Positions 17,572 through 27,449 of a stretch of DNA of 64,000 nucleotides are shown one piece after another. This DNA comes from a virus: positions 30,477 through 94,476 of IMG/VR virus record IMGVR_UViG_3300050120_000158, one strand, 5' to 3'. The stretch's first letter is position 1. Each line of letters opens with the position of its first letter. The notes beneath the pieces were generated by a model, which saw only the letters and a program-made list of their open reading frames with translations, had not been told where the DNA came from and searched no databases. A program made the position numbers and the translations under genes.

Positions 17572-17826
17572 CTACTGTTTGCGCCACTTACCCATGTTGT
17601 TCTTGCGCCAGCGGGAACCATCGATGGCGGTCTCAATCGCTTCCTCAACCATCGCGTGATCATCCTCGGGGCGGTCGCCGTTGAAGATAGCGCGCTGCCG
17701 GTTTATTGCCCAATCCTTCACAAGGCGTTCGAAGTCAGGGTCGCGGGCGCATATGGTAAAGGTCGGTTCGTCCGGCAGAGCTTTACTGTGGCAGTCGAAT
17801 TTGCCGGGGTTGTTTTTAGTTCCCAT
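17572..17826 (-). CDS. hypothetical protein
   Basis: MGTKNNPGKFDC..PDEP.F...ARD. Confidence 0.7.
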   Translation of the reverse strand: MGTKNNPGKFDCHSKALPDEPTFTICARDPDFERLVKDWAINRQRAIFNGDRPEDDHAMVEEAIETAIDGSRWRKNNMGKWRKQ

Positions 17827-18032
17827 GGTGCAGGTTCCTGCAAATTAAAATTAAAGAGGGCCGCGCCAGCGCGATTGCTTGTGGGGTCAATCGGCGGCGC
17901 GGCCCTTATCCCGGAGCGGCTATCAGGTGCAACGACCCGGAGCGGATCAAGACGACCGTTCGGAATTGCGGGGCGTTGGTTCCCCGCATTTGGCAAATAT
18001 AAAGCGAGGCTCTTGTTATTGCAAGTGCGAAA

Positions 18033-18254
18033 TCAAGTCCAATTTTTTATTGTGTTGGCCGCCGCCTCCATGATGAATTGCTGCCATTCTTTCGGCGACA
18101 TTTCCATGGTTGTTTGAACGCCCTGACGATTACGCACTGTAACGATAACAACCTGATCCGCTACATTAAGCCGCGCATTGACATACGCTACATAAGTTTC
18201 GCCGGGGGCAGTTGGGTGTGTCGGATCAGTGAATGCAGCTAGGGTTTCGTCCAT
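18033..18254 (-). CDS. hypothetical protein
   Basis: ATG at 18254 just downstream of a terminator. Confidence 0.55.
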   Translation of the reverse strand: MDETLAAFTDPTHPTAPGETYVAYVNARLNVADQVVIVTVRNRQGVQTTMEMSPKEWQQFIMEAAANTIKNWT

Positions 18255-18276
18255 ATCGCACCATCCTGTTTGAGAT

Positions 18277-18309
18277 AAAAAAACGCCCGGCAGTTTCCCG
18301 CCGAGCGTC
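18277..18309 (-). terminator. Rho-independent terminator ending the late operon
   Basis: ACGCTCGGCGG-gaaa-CTGCCGGGCGT followed by TTTTT on minus strand. Confidence 0.75.
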
Positions 18310-18328
18310 AAGTTTGGGGGAGGCGCTG

Positions 18329-19645
18329 TTAGCCAGCGACAACGCTCAACGGCTTGTACATCGCGTTGGTGCCAACGAGGGCATTCAGCGCGGCGGCCAG
18401 TGTCGAGATGTTGTTACGGTTGTTGGTCAGCCACGTATTGACGGCGGTATTCAACATGGTAACCGCCGTCGTCGCGCCTACGCCGGTACCCGTCGCAGCA
18501 ATGGCCGCGAGAGTATAGGAGAACGCGCCGCCAAGCGCGTCGGGAATGGTGGGCTCAAGACCGAGCAAATTCGCAAGGTCATTGGTGCCCGCCGTCAACG
18601 AAGACAGCGCGTTATCGATATGGGCCATGGCCGTTGTCGCCGAAACAACGTCAACAGCAACGGTACCGGTGGAACCGTCAACGGCAACGAGCGCGACCGA
18701 CTCGGCTGCAATCGTGGTGCTGGCGGTCCCGGTCGAGTTGTCCGCGAACAACGGAAGATCGAAACCAGCCCGCAGGGCATTGAGCCGGGACGACAAACTC
18801 GCAACGGCATTGGCAATGAGTGCAACCTGCGTATCGAACCCAGCCTTCGGGGCCGAAGTGGTCGCCGCGCCAGCCGCCGCTGCCGGAGTGGCATTGGCAA
18901 CAAGGCCAGCCGCAGCGGTACCGCCCGAGCTATCGGTAAGCGCTGCTAGTCCGCCCTGTACCATGATCTGGTTCCAGCGTGCAGCAAACGTGGCGAGGTT
19001 GTTGGCAACCGCAGCCAAGAAGGCATCGGCATCGGTCTTCGCCAGAGCGCCGGTACCCGTGGTGGACGCGATTGCAACACCCAACGCAACTACGTTACTG
19101 TTCAATGACGCCAACCCCTGAAACGCGCTGACTTCACGGGTATTACCGAGACAGTCGAGAACGTGCTGGAACGAGTCATCGAGCAGCGCAAGGTTGGCGA
19201 CGATGTTGGCCATGACAGCCTTGGACGTAACGAAGTCCGCCGCCGTTGCGCCGGTCGCGCCAGTGCTGGAAAGATCGAGCGCCGGGAGGGTGTCCTTGGT
19301 GACTTGGGTTCCGGTCGTTGCCTTCAGCAACGAGACGCCGAGACGGCCACGGACATTGTTGATCGAATTGCTCAAGACGCGATAAGCATTCTCGATCTTG
19401 CCGAACGAGGTATTCAGCGCGGTAAGCTGCACACCGCCTGCCGCAGTCGCGTCGATTGCAACGGTCGGAACGGCGAGCGCCGCATACGAGGTTCCTGCGG
19501 TACCAGTGGTGTTGTCGGTGATATCGGCCACACCGGCAACTTCGATCTTGTTGCGGGCGTTGTCGATGGCGAGGGCACGAAGGGCGTTATAGACGTAGGG
19601 ACCGATCGTGAACTTGGTATCGGCGCGAAGTCGGATTGCAGTCAT
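18329..19645 (-). CDS. Ala/Thr-rich putative virion protein with an internal duplication
   Basis: Two similar halves (ITDNTTGTA / LTDSSGGTA; NNLATFAA / NNISTLAA); strong RBS. Confidence 0.65.
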   Translation of the reverse strand: MTAIRLRADTKFTIGPYVYNALRALAIDNARNKIEVAGVADITDNTTGTAGTSYAALAVPTVAIDATAAGGVQLTALNTSFGKIENAYRVLSNSINNVRGRLGVSLLKATTGTQVTKDTLPALDLSSTGATGATAADFVTSKAVMANIVANLALLDDSFQHVLDCLGNTREVSAFQGLASLNSNVVALGVAIASTTGTGALAKTDADAFLAAVANNLATFAARWNQIMVQGGLAALTDSSGGTAAAGLVANATPAAAAGAATTSAPKAGFDTQVALIANAVASLSSRLNALRAGFDLPLFADNSTGTASTTIAAESVALVAVDGSTGTVAVDVVSATTAMAHIDNALSSLTAGTNDLANLLGLEPTIPDALGGAFSYTLAAIAATGTGVGATTAVTMLNTAVNTWLTNNRNNISTLAAALNALVGTNAMYKPLSVVAG

Positions 19646-19727
19646 GTTCGGTATTCCTTGGTTGAAGCTCTAGGACAGTCCTTTGAACAACAACCAAGGT
19701 TACACGAATTTGCAGGAACCTGCAATG

Positions 19728-20099
19728 CTATCGGAGCGACATACCCTTGAAGGGGTTTCGGCTCCCGGCGTTGTCGTACACGTCCTTCTGCACCGCATAG
19801 AACGCTTCAAGCCGTCGCCCGCACTCGGACTTTTGCAAGTCCAGCTTTTCCTGCGCCGCCAAGATATCGAAGACTTGCTTGCGCGTAAGCGTCTTCGCCG
19901 CCCCCGGCTGTATCTTGGCGGGGTTCTTCGGATCGCGCTTGACGACTAGGCTTGCCGGAAGCGTAATCTCCTGCTCAAAGCAGGCAACGATATCATCGGG
20001 TACTGGCGGCAGACTTGGATTGCCCGAGAAGGTCGAGCACTGCGTCAACATCGTCGCCGACAAAGCAGTCACCACTGCTAATTTTCGCTTTAAGGCCAT
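19728..20099 (-). CDS. o-spanin (Rz1-like lipoprotein)
   Basis: Signal peptide with lipobox-like LTQC, Pro-rich segment, overlaps the i-spanin. Confidence 0.75.
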   Translation of the reverse strand: MALKRKLAVVTALSATMLTQCSTFSGNPSLPPVPDDIVACFEQEITLPASLVVKRDPKNPAKIQPGAAKTLTRKQVFDILAAQEKLDLQKSECGRRLEAFYAVQKDVYDNAGSRNPFKGMSLR

Positions 20100-20364
20100 T
20101 TACCACCCCATCCATAACATTAAGTTTGTCTTGTGTTGCTTTGAGTGCCGCGCTGTTGGCGTCATAGGCCGCCTGCTTCGCCGCAATCTGCGTATTGAGA
20201 TTGGTGATTTGCTGGCGTTCCGCGCTGGCGACATAGAACTTGCTGGTAACGACCGCCCCGCCCGTGGTGCCGACCGCAAGGCACACCGCGCCCACGATAG
20301 CCATACCCTTGAGACCGAACACGCTGCTTCCGATGCCGCTAAGGGCCGCGCCGAGAATGCTCAT
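19993..20364 (-). CDS. i-spanin (Rz-like)
   Basis: N-terminal TM segment, coiled coil, C-terminal Cys. Confidence 0.7.
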   Translation of the reverse strand: MSILGAALSGIGSSVFGLKGMAIVGAVCLAVGTTGGAVVTSKFYVASAERQQITNLNTQIAAKQAAYDANSAALKATQDKLNVMDGVVNGLKAKISSGDCFVGDDVDAVLDLLGQSKSAASTR

Positions 20365-20828
20365 GATTTATCTCCACGATTGGGGCCGGTGTTTATGTCG
20401 TGGTCAATGTCAACATGCGAGGCGCTATCATCGACCTTCACGCTAACATCGACCTTATTCTTATCGTCTGCCGTGCCGCCGTCCCCGTCGCCGCCGTGAT
20501 GGTGGTCCGGGTCGATATCCGATTGTACATCGGTTTGTTGGATGAAGTCACCCCCGGCTTTGCGCCTCAAGTGATCATCCGCGATTGCCCCGAACACGTA
20601 GGAGCAAATAACGACCATCATCATGTTGAAGGCGTTTGCGAGCATCGGCGATGCAGTCTCAATACGCATCCAGCCAGCCGCCCATGTAATCCAGATAACA
20701 CAGACAATCAGAGCGCCAAATATCACGATACGGCGGTAAGTCCAATCCCTCGTCTTTTGGTCGAGAGAAAAGAAATCGCTTACGGACTGTTTCCTAACCG
20801 TCGTCTTACGAGTAGTAGCAACTACCAT
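20361..20828 (-). CDS. putative holin (2 TM)
   Basis: Two hydrophobic helices; in the lysis cassette. Confidence 0.6.
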   Translation of the reverse strand: MVVATTRKTTVRKQSVSDFFSLDQKTRDWTYRRIVIFGALIVCVIWITWAAGWMRIETASPMLANAFNMMMVVICSYVFGAIADDHLRRKAGGDFIQQTDVQSDIDPDHHHGGDGDGGTADDKNKVDVSVKVDDSASHVDIDHDINTGPNRGDKS

Positions 20829-20833
20829 CGGAG

Positions 20834-21064
20834 TTAACCCCTCATGCGTCCCATCGGGACAACCCCATCATTCTTAACAACCCGGTCATAGTCGAGGTTC
20901 TGGAACAACTCCCCCATTACATGGGCCAGCCGGTTGCGAGATGCCTTGTTTCGCATATGGGCTTTTTCCAGTGCCTCATGACACTCTTTCAAATCTGTTT
21001 CATCCATTCCGTAGAACAGAATGCAGAACAGGCACCGTGTATTACGAAGGAGTCTAGTAAGCAT
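20834..21064 (-). CDS. hypothetical lysis-cassette protein
   Basis: Coupled ORF. Confidence 0.5.
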   Translation of the reverse strand: MLTRLLRNTRCLFCILFYGMDETDLKECHEALEKAHMRNKASRNRLAHVMGELFQNLDYDRVVKNDGVVPMGRMRG

Positions 21065-21293
21065 TGGGTCCGATCCTATCGCGGCCCTGTACGTAACTTG
21101 TGAGCCGGTCGTTCGACTCAGTTTGTTCGTTAAGGGCGTCCAATAAAACTTTCGTACCTTCTTTGGCGTTATGTATCTCTGCGTCCTTGGATTTTATAAG
21201 CAGAGCGAAAAGGCGTCCAATAACAATTGCCTCCATTACGCAGACAATACCAAGGACGCCTTGTTTAATAAGTTCGACGAATTCCTCATGCAT
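21054..21293 (-). CDS. putative holin/antiholin (1 TM)
   Basis: LIKQGVLGIVC hydrophobic N-terminus; follows the endolysin. Confidence 0.55.
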   Translation of the reverse strand: MHEEFVELIKQGVLGIVCVMEAIVIGRLFALLIKSKDAEIHNAKEGTKVLLDALNEQTESNDRLTSYVQGRDRIGPNAY

Positions 21294-21324
21294 TCACAGT
21301 CCTACCGAACGTAAAGTCCCGCTA

Positions 21325-22206
21325 TTACTGCGGCAGAGCAATTCCAAGGCTATCCAGCAACAGCGAGTCAACCTTGCCGGTCGGGGACAGCCCGGCCTTG
21401 GTCTCATACGCGATGATCGCGTTAGTCGTTACCGGACCGGCGATGCCATCCGTCTTGATGATCAAGGGCTGGCCCGGCAGAACTTGCAGCGCGGCTTGTA
21501 CGGAGGCGACGGTCGCACGATCTGCGAAGTAGCGCTGCGACGGCACAGTGTCATCGGCGGAAACGCTGGCGGCGCTTTCGCTCGACCGCAGCGAAGCCCA
21601 CTTGGCAACGAGCTTGCGGTAAGACACGGCCATCTTGTTGTCGTAGTTGTTGGCGGCGTAGCCGGGGCCGTTATACGCGCGGGCGAAATCCTTCCAGTCG
21701 TCGGTTCGGAGATAGCCGTCGATCTTGCGTTTCTGAATATAGCTACAGAAGGCTTTGAGATGATCGCCCGCCGAATGTGCCATGGCGGCAACGAAGTCTT
21801 CTACGTTGGCGAACCCGGCGTCCGCGTATTCTTCGCCGAGGATTTGGAATGCTCCGAACGAAGCGGACATGACTGCTGCAACCGGGTCGCAACCCATTGC
21901 CGTGAGCAAGCGGGTGTACTGCCAAGCGCCTGAATGACCATACAGCGTGCGATCCCAATGATCCGAGCTGATCGGCTTGCCGTTCGGATCGAGAATGTTG
22001 TTGTACTTGTGGCCGGTATGCCGACCGAAGACATGGGCCTCGAAAAGAATATCGGGCCGCTTGTCGGGCAGGAATGGCGAGCCGTTGGTTTCCACCAGCG
22101 TCACGGCTTGGAGTTCGGCGGGGCCAATGTTGACCTGCTTGGACGCGAGCAAGTAGTCGCTATCCTGCATCGGAATTGCGTCGCCGTAGAAACTATTCTT
22201 GTCCAT
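21325..22206 (-). CDS. endolysin: DUF3380-type N-acetylmuramidase with C-terminal peptidoglycan-binding domain
   Basis: VETNG, ILFEAHVF, SASFGAFQILG, FARAYNGPGY; DGIAGPVT..AI..GL..TG. Confidence 0.9.
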   Translation of the reverse strand: MDKNSFYGDAIPMQDSDYLLASKQVNIGPAELQAVTLVETNGSPFLPDKRPDILFEAHVFGRHTGHKYNNILDPNGKPISSDHWDRTLYGHSGAWQYTRLLTAMGCDPVAAVMSASFGAFQILGEEYADAGFANVEDFVAAMAHSAGDHLKAFCSYIQKRKIDGYLRTDDWKDFARAYNGPGYAANNYDNKMAVSYRKLVAKWASLRSSESAASVSADDTVPSQRYFADRATVASVQAALQVLPGQPLIIKTDGIAGPVTTNAIIAYETKAGLSPTGKVDSLLLDSLGIALPQ

Positions 22207-22293
22207 TAGTATTCTCCCGGTTTGCAGGAACCTGCAACTGATGGCGTATACTAACGGTTGTGGCGGCTCCGAACAATCATTGTAGATTTTTAG

Positions 22294-22734
22294 CTAGGCA
22301 ACCGTAACACCTAATGCGGTAGCAATTTCTGCCATGCGAGGTTGGCCGAGAACCTGTACAAGAGCAGACCAGCCCGCTAGAAACCGTGCATTGGTAACTA
22401 GCATAGGGTCGCGCTGCGCTACCATAGCCGACCATAGTAACCAGAACTGTGCGTTGGTTGCTATAGCCGCCTGTATCAAGGCAGCGTCCGCCGCAGTAAA
22501 TTGCGTCATCAAATCCTGCGGCAGTACGCTTTGTGGGGCCGGTACGGCAACAACAGGGTTCTGATCGAACGTCGCCGTTCCATTCCATCCCCATCCCGGC
22601 AAGCATACGCTGTCCGCTAACGCGATGAAGTTTCCATCCATGCCGGGCGGCACGCCAACGGGAACGGTACCGTACTCGATAACGTTCACAACGAGCTTGG
22701 TATCCGTGTTAATAATTGCGCATCGAATTGTCAT
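22294..22734 (-). CDS. tail-fibre-associated protein
   Basis: Follows the Gly-rich fibre; VVNVIEY..GWGWNG. Confidence 0.6.
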   Translation of the reverse strand: MTIRCAIINTDTKLVVNVIEYGTVPVGVPPGMDGNFIALADSVCLPGWGWNGTATFDQNPVVAVPAPQSVLPQDLMTQFTAADAALIQAAIATNAQFWLLWSAMVAQRDPMLVTNARFLAGWSALVQVLGQPRMAEIATALGVTVA

Positions 22735-23654
22735 GATCCGTAAAACTCCTCAATGATAATTATGCCGCCCGCGCCCGCGCCACCGACACCACCACCGACA
22801 CCACCGCCCCCTCCGGCGCCAAAGACATTCGCCGCCTGCCCGTTTCCATTATTTGTTCCGCCGCCAGAAGCACCGGGACCGAACGGAGTACCAGCGCCAG
22901 CACCGCCAACGTATATTGGGCTCTGCGCCCAACCGTAATAACCAACGATGCCGAGCGCGTTATAAAACCCTCCGCTTGCCGACCCACCTGCCCCTCCGAA
23001 TGAAGATGTGCTGCTTGAGGCTCCAGCATCCCCAGCGCCCGCCGTAAGTAACGACGTTCCAAATGTAGTCGTGCCGCCTGCTGCCCCAACAGCATAAGAA
23101 TAGGTAGCCGAAGGCGCTGGTATGTTTGCTTCAACATACCCACCAGCGCCGCCGCCACCGCCAGAGGTCGAGCCTACCGCGTTTCCACCAGCGCCACCGC
23201 CGCCAACCATACGAACTTTAATGCGCGTGCAACCCGTTGGCTTCGTATAAGTGCCACTGCCTGACGTGAAAACCTGTGTAGTCGGGGCAACGAAAATGTT
23301 GGACTGCACTTGTGTTTTTTGTGTCGCCGTCAACGTTTGCGCCGCACCATACGAAACGCCGTTCAAATTACCAAGAGCCGTTGCCGCGTTCGCAATCGTC
23401 GAGAGGTTGTCTTCGTTAAACGAAGGCGTCTTGGCAAGGTTGTTGATCAATACCCATACTGCCGGACCCGTTGACGTTAGCGTGTACGTCTTGCTTTGAT
23501 CCGACCGATAGCAATTCATACCGACACCTATATTGGTTGTCGGGAACGCGGTTCCTGTGAATTGCGTTAACAGCGCATCGGTATTGTTATTGAGCGTGGT
23601 ACGCGAAGTAGTCAGCGTATCGGTACCAGCCATCTGAGCATAGGTCTGCGACAT
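22731..23654 (-). CDS. Gly-rich tail fibre / receptor-binding protein
   Basis: VFTSGSGTYTKP..VGGGGAGG..GIIIIEEF. Confidence 0.75.
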   Translation of the reverse strand: MSQTYAQMAGTDTLTTSRTTLNNNTDALLTQFTGTAFPTTNIGVGMNCYRSDQSKTYTLTSTGPAVWVLINNLAKTPSFNEDNLSTIANAATALGNLNGVSYGAAQTLTATQKTQVQSNIFVAPTTQVFTSGSGTYTKPTGCTRIKVRMVGGGGAGGNAVGSTSGGGGGAGGYVEANIPAPSATYSYAVGAAGGTTTFGTSLLTAGAGDAGASSSTSSFGGAGGSASGGFYNALGIVGYYGWAQSPIYVGGAGAGTPFGPGASGGGTNNGNGQAANVFGAGGGGGVGGGVGGAGAGGIIIIEEFYGS

Positions 23655-23689
23655 TTTTTATTCCTAGTTTGCAGGTTCCTGCACGGAGA

Positions 23690-24952
23690 TCAGAGCTTCA
23701 GATGGAAAGTCACTAGAAGGTAGGGCGGCATATTGTTGTGGGCGGCCCCGCCGCCAGCGGCGGCTATACTTGCGTTGATGCCAGTATACGAACCCCCGGT
23801 TACTCCTGCCGTGTTGGAATTGAGCGCTACGCTGGGCGCGACGGAACCCGCCAGTGCGCCACCACCCGAATGTACGCTACCCTCGGAATGCGTATGAGAC
23901 GGATCGGACCAGTTAAGTCCGTGGGCATGGGAAGGCATCTCGCCGTAAGAAAGAACGTGCAGATACTCTCCGTTTACGTCACCAACCGCATTGTAGTTTC
24001 CAAGGTTCATCACACCGGCTTGGCCGGTGATGACGCTATAATCAAGCCCAACGAGCGTTCGGCCACGGGTATCGGGCAGTACCAAAACCTTGTTAGCAGC
24101 CCAATCAGCCGCATGGTTAACGCCACGACCACCAACTACTGCTGCGCCGCGATCCCACAGCCAGTTATATAAAGCCTGACAATCGTTATTTGCGCGGGCA
24201 GTAGCTCCAATGCTAGCGGCGCTGCCGATACCGCCGCCCGTCATAGGTACATAGCCCGGCATAATATCTGCGTTTGTGGCGAAGAAAGCAGCAATTTGCC
24301 CTGTCTGCGCAACACCGTTAGTGATGCCCATCAAGCTAAGCAACGTAGCGGTATCTGGCGCAGCAAGCGCCGAGAGACCTAGCGTGCCGGGTGTAACGCC
24401 ATGTAATTTATCAGCGTCGAGACCTGATCCGGCCCCGTCGTTTCCGGCATCCCATACTACCCCTGTTCTGGTCCGAACAAGACCATCAGCAATGGATATG
24501 CTAAGCGGTACGTCAACAATCGCGCCGACACTGTTGTATCTGGCAAATGTAAGATTTTGGCTCGGGTCTTTCTGGATGCTGTGTTGAACCACACCAGCAT
24601 TATTATAGAAATATACCGAGGCAGAGTCAGCACCGCCAACGCCAGAGCCTTGCAAGAGCAGGGGCGCAGGAACCATAGTTCCCTGTTGGAAATAGCGGGC
24701 GTCTGCCAACTCCTGCGACAAGTACGTCGAGCCAGTGTTTTCCGTAAGAGTCCAAACGGCGGGGCCTATAGACGCGAGCCGATATGTCTTGCTCTGGTCA
24801 GTTCTGTAGCATGATTGGCCAACAGCAATATTGGTTGTCGGAAAACTTGTGCCAGCGAAGTTGCTGAGCAAACATAACAAGTTCTCGTTGAACACCGGCA
24901 ACGAGTTGGCCAGCGTATCTGAGTTTTGGACTATGGTGTAATCTTGTGCCAC
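23690..24952 (-). CDS. tail fibre with collar domain
   Basis: GSGLDADKLHG, LPDTRGRTLVG, EMPSHAH, AHNNMPPY. Confidence 0.8.
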   Translation of the reverse strand: MAQDYTIVQNSDTLANSLPVFNENLLCLLSNFAGTSFPTTNIAVGQSCYRTDQSKTYRLASIGPAVWTLTENTGSTYLSQELADARYFQQGTMVPAPLLLQGSGVGGADSASVYFYNNAGVVQHSIQKDPSQNLTFARYNSVGAIVDVPLSISIADGLVRTRTGVVWDAGNDGAGSGLDADKLHGVTPGTLGLSALAAPDTATLLSLMGITNGVAQTGQIAAFFATNADIMPGYVPMTGGGIGSAASIGATARANNDCQALYNWLWDRGAAVVGGRGVNHAADWAANKVLVLPDTRGRTLVGLDYSVITGQAGVMNLGNYNAVGDVNGEYLHVLSYGEMPSHAHGLNWSDPSHTHSEGSVHSGGGALAGSVAPSVALNSNTAGVTGGSYTGINASIAAAGGGAAHNNMPPYLLVTFHLKL

Positions 24953-24963
24953 TGTTTATTTCC

Positions 24964-26331
24964 TTAATAGCCCAAAGCTGTCCAACTGGCCGTGCCAGTA
25001 AGGCGACTGTTGCTTACATCTATTAGCTCAACATCGAAGCCCGTTCTTGTAATGTTGCTTATACGGGGCTGGGCGAACGCTGTTGACGAAACACTGGTTA
25101 CGCTTACTTCCGGGATACCATAGAAGGTTCGCACAAAGACGACCGGCGTTACGCCAGCGGTAGAGGTTATGTTTATCCGTCCGCTATCGCTAACGTTCGG
25201 CACGTCAACAGATATAGTCCCCACGGTAAGCTTGGTGTCTTGCGCTACGTTATCGCGCGTCATCACGATCTTGATACGGGCTTTCGAGAGGCTGTAATCG
25301 CCGACAATGAATGGAACATAGTCGCTATAGGTGTACGGTGTATCGCTGGCGGCGTCGGTAAGGAACGTGCCATAGCTGATCGCAACGTTACTAAGCACCA
25401 TATCGTTTACAACTATCGAGCCACGCCGGATCAACATATCCTGCGTACTAAAACTCTCGCCCGGGAAATTGATCGAGTAGTGGTGCGGACTCAATTCAAC
25501 GAATGTCGCCGTCTCCGTATATGTCCTAAAGAAAACAACCGTTCGGCTCCAAACATCGACCGTGTTTAACGTTTCGATACTATTCTTGCGCGGGGCCTTA
25601 TACAGCACTTCGGCGGTATGGAACGCCTCGACGTATGGTGCCGGTGCCACGATCTTCATATTTATATCGACGGTCTGTAAACCCTCGCCGTAGGTCCTAA
25701 ACCAGTTGAGTTGTCGGCTCCAAACGTCAACCGTCGAGAACACCTCAAGCATGGCTTTGATCGTGGCCCTAGAGCCTACGTCAAGCGTATTGAATGCTTC
25801 AGTAAGCGTCTTGGTGGTAGTGGCCAGTCGCACGTCAGCGGTGGAAAAACTCTCGCCGTAAGTGTGGTGCCAATTACTTTGAAGGCCAACGGTTTCAGCG
25901 GTCGCGAAAGCTTGCTGAAGGGTTTGGCTATAGGTCCACTTACCTTTGGCGTCCGCCGTGGTGAATGCTTCTGCAATTTTCTTTGTTGGGCTGCGAAAAC
26001 CGCCCTCGACCGTGGAAAATGCCTCCGCGAGAAATTTACTAACCGCAGCGGTTCGCGCATCCGCTGTCGCAAACGCTTCCGTCTGGTTTTTGGTTGCGGA
26101 AACTTTTCGGGCATCAACGGTGCTGAATGCTTCGGATAATTTCTTGGTCGGCTGATTGCTTGGCGCATCCACCGTTGTAGCGGTTTCCGTAACCGTCAAC
26201 GCATAGCTGTTCGCGCTATTGGCAGTATCCCATGACAACGACGACGAGCTACCGCCAACCCAAGTGTCCGGGTAGCTGTTCCATGTATAGGCGCTACCCG
26301 GAGTCAGGACGACATTGGTGGTCGTTGTCAT
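24964..26331 (-). CDS. tail protein with about 18-22-aa EAFxTxD repeats and lectin-like C-terminus
   Basis: Repeated EAFSTVD, EAFATAD, ESFSTAD; C-terminal FYGIPEVSVT..ITRTGF..SWTALGY. Confidence 0.7.
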   Translation of the reverse strand: MTTTTNVVLTPGSAYTWNSYPDTWVGGSSSSLSWDTANSANSYALTVTETATTVDAPSNQPTKKLSEAFSTVDARKVSATKNQTEAFATADARTAAVSKFLAEAFSTVEGGFRSPTKKIAEAFTTADAKGKWTYSQTLQQAFATAETVGLQSNWHHTYGESFSTADVRLATTTKTLTEAFNTLDVGSRATIKAMLEVFSTVDVWSRQLNWFRTYGEGLQTVDINMKIVAPAPYVEAFHTAEVLYKAPRKNSIETLNTVDVWSRTVVFFRTYTETATFVELSPHHYSINFPGESFSTQDMLIRRGSIVVNDMVLSNVAISYGTFLTDAASDTPYTYSDYVPFIVGDYSLSKARIKIVMTRDNVAQDTKLTVGTISVDVPNVSDSGRINITSTAGVTPVVFVRTFYGIPEVSVTSVSSTAFAQPRISNITRTGFDVELIDVSNSRLTGTASWTALGY

Positions 26332-26352
26332 GGCGTTGCAGGTTCCTGCAAG

Positions 26353-26838
26353 CTATATGCGGAAACGACGCAACGGCATAGGGCGGCGATTGCCATTCTG
26401 CGCATCACGGGTAGCCCAAGAACAATTATCTGGATTGTAACCTTCGTCATTCTTTTCCCGTTCAAGCATAAGACCCGGAGGGCGTGGCCCCATATCAGCG
26501 TAGAAGTTTTCGAATGAGTGGAGCCAGCGATCACAGATTTTAATTCCTCGGCCACCATAGTCTTTATAACTCTTATTCATCGGGTTAGTGCAGCGCTGCT
26601 TCATACTGGCCCATGACCCATACTCAGATGACTTACGCAATCCGTGAGTGGTATGAACACCCTCTTTAAGACGGCATCCACATGTAGTTGTAGACCCTCT
26701 AAGCAAAGAGCTACTTATCGTTTCTAACGTACCACCGCATGTACACTGGCATTCCCACAAGTACCTACCATGTTTTTTACCCACTACTCTTAACGCTGTA
26801 AGGCGGCCAAATATCATTCCAGTAAGATCGTGTGCCAT
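26353..26838 (-). CDS. HNH homing endonuclease inserted in the tail module
   Basis: GMIFGRLT, CQCTCG, YGGRGIKIC, NDEGYNPDNCSWAT. Confidence 0.85.
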   Translation of the reverse strand: MAHDLTGMIFGRLTALRVVGKKHGRYLWECQCTCGGTLETISSSLLRGSTTTCGCRLKEGVHTTHGLRKSSEYGSWASMKQRCTNPMNKSYKDYGGRGIKICDRWLHSFENFYADMGPRPPGLMLEREKNDEGYNPDNCSWATRDAQNGNRRPMPLRRFRI

Positions 26839-26908
26839 AGTCGGCTCCCTATTATGGATTAGCCGACTATAGTAACACATTACGTTAATTTTCACAAATT
26901 CGTGAAAA

Positions 26909-27430
26909 TTAAGATAGAGTAAATGTGAAGGTCGAGGTGAGGATGTCCAAGGCACCCTTGTTGATCACGGCGTAGATCACATGGTTGAGCAGGAGGCCAA
27001 CCGATGCTGCGTTGAGGACACCGGCTTCCGTAAGCGCCCCCGTTGCAACGCCAGCGGCGAAAGTGGAGGACAACGTTGCGACCTTGGCCGCATAGCTGTA
27101 GGCGGCCACCTGCCGGATCGACTCCGTTTGCAGCGCGGTATCTCCGATGGCCGCAGCCGTAACACCGGTTCCAACCGCAAGATAGCTCCCGACTGCGGGG
27201 CGACCTGACTGAATGAACAGGCAGTCCGAAATAAGCTGGAACCCAGCCGCCGTGATCAGGTTTTTCTTCTCGCGAACATCCTTGAGCTTGCCGTCAGGTC
27301 CGTACAGTTCGAACTTCCAGTTGCCGGTGACCTTGAGACCTTCGCTACGCGGGTCTTTTGCTTCCGCTGGCAGGAGCAAACCGCCGCCAGTACGAAGAAA
27401 ACCATCTGGAATTGTCATGGGAGGTGACAT
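26909..27430 (-). CDS. tail/baseplate-associated protein
   Basis: KNLIT.AG..YLAVGTG..DTAL..TEAGV motif. Confidence 0.65.
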   Translation of the reverse strand: MSPPMTIPDGFLRTGGGLLLPAEAKDPRSEGLKVTGNWKFELYGPDGKLKDVREKKNLITAAGFQLISDCLFIQSGRPAVGSYLAVGTGVTAAAIGDTALQTESIRQVAAYSYAAKVATLSSTFAAGVATGALTEAGVLNAASVGLLLNHVIYAVINKGALDILTSTFTFTLS

Positions 27431-27449
27431 GAGAGAAACCTTTGCTTTT

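Noticed and set aside
19489-19498. Partial palindrome match AGGTTCCTGC (also TTGCAGG half-sites at about 16024 and 51063)
   Set aside because: Only one arm is present, which is compatible with chance; not counted
22731-26331. Diversity-generating retroelement or invertible tail-fibre cassette
   Set aside because: No reverse transcriptase, template/variable repeat pair or invertase seen; all fibre genes are co-oriented
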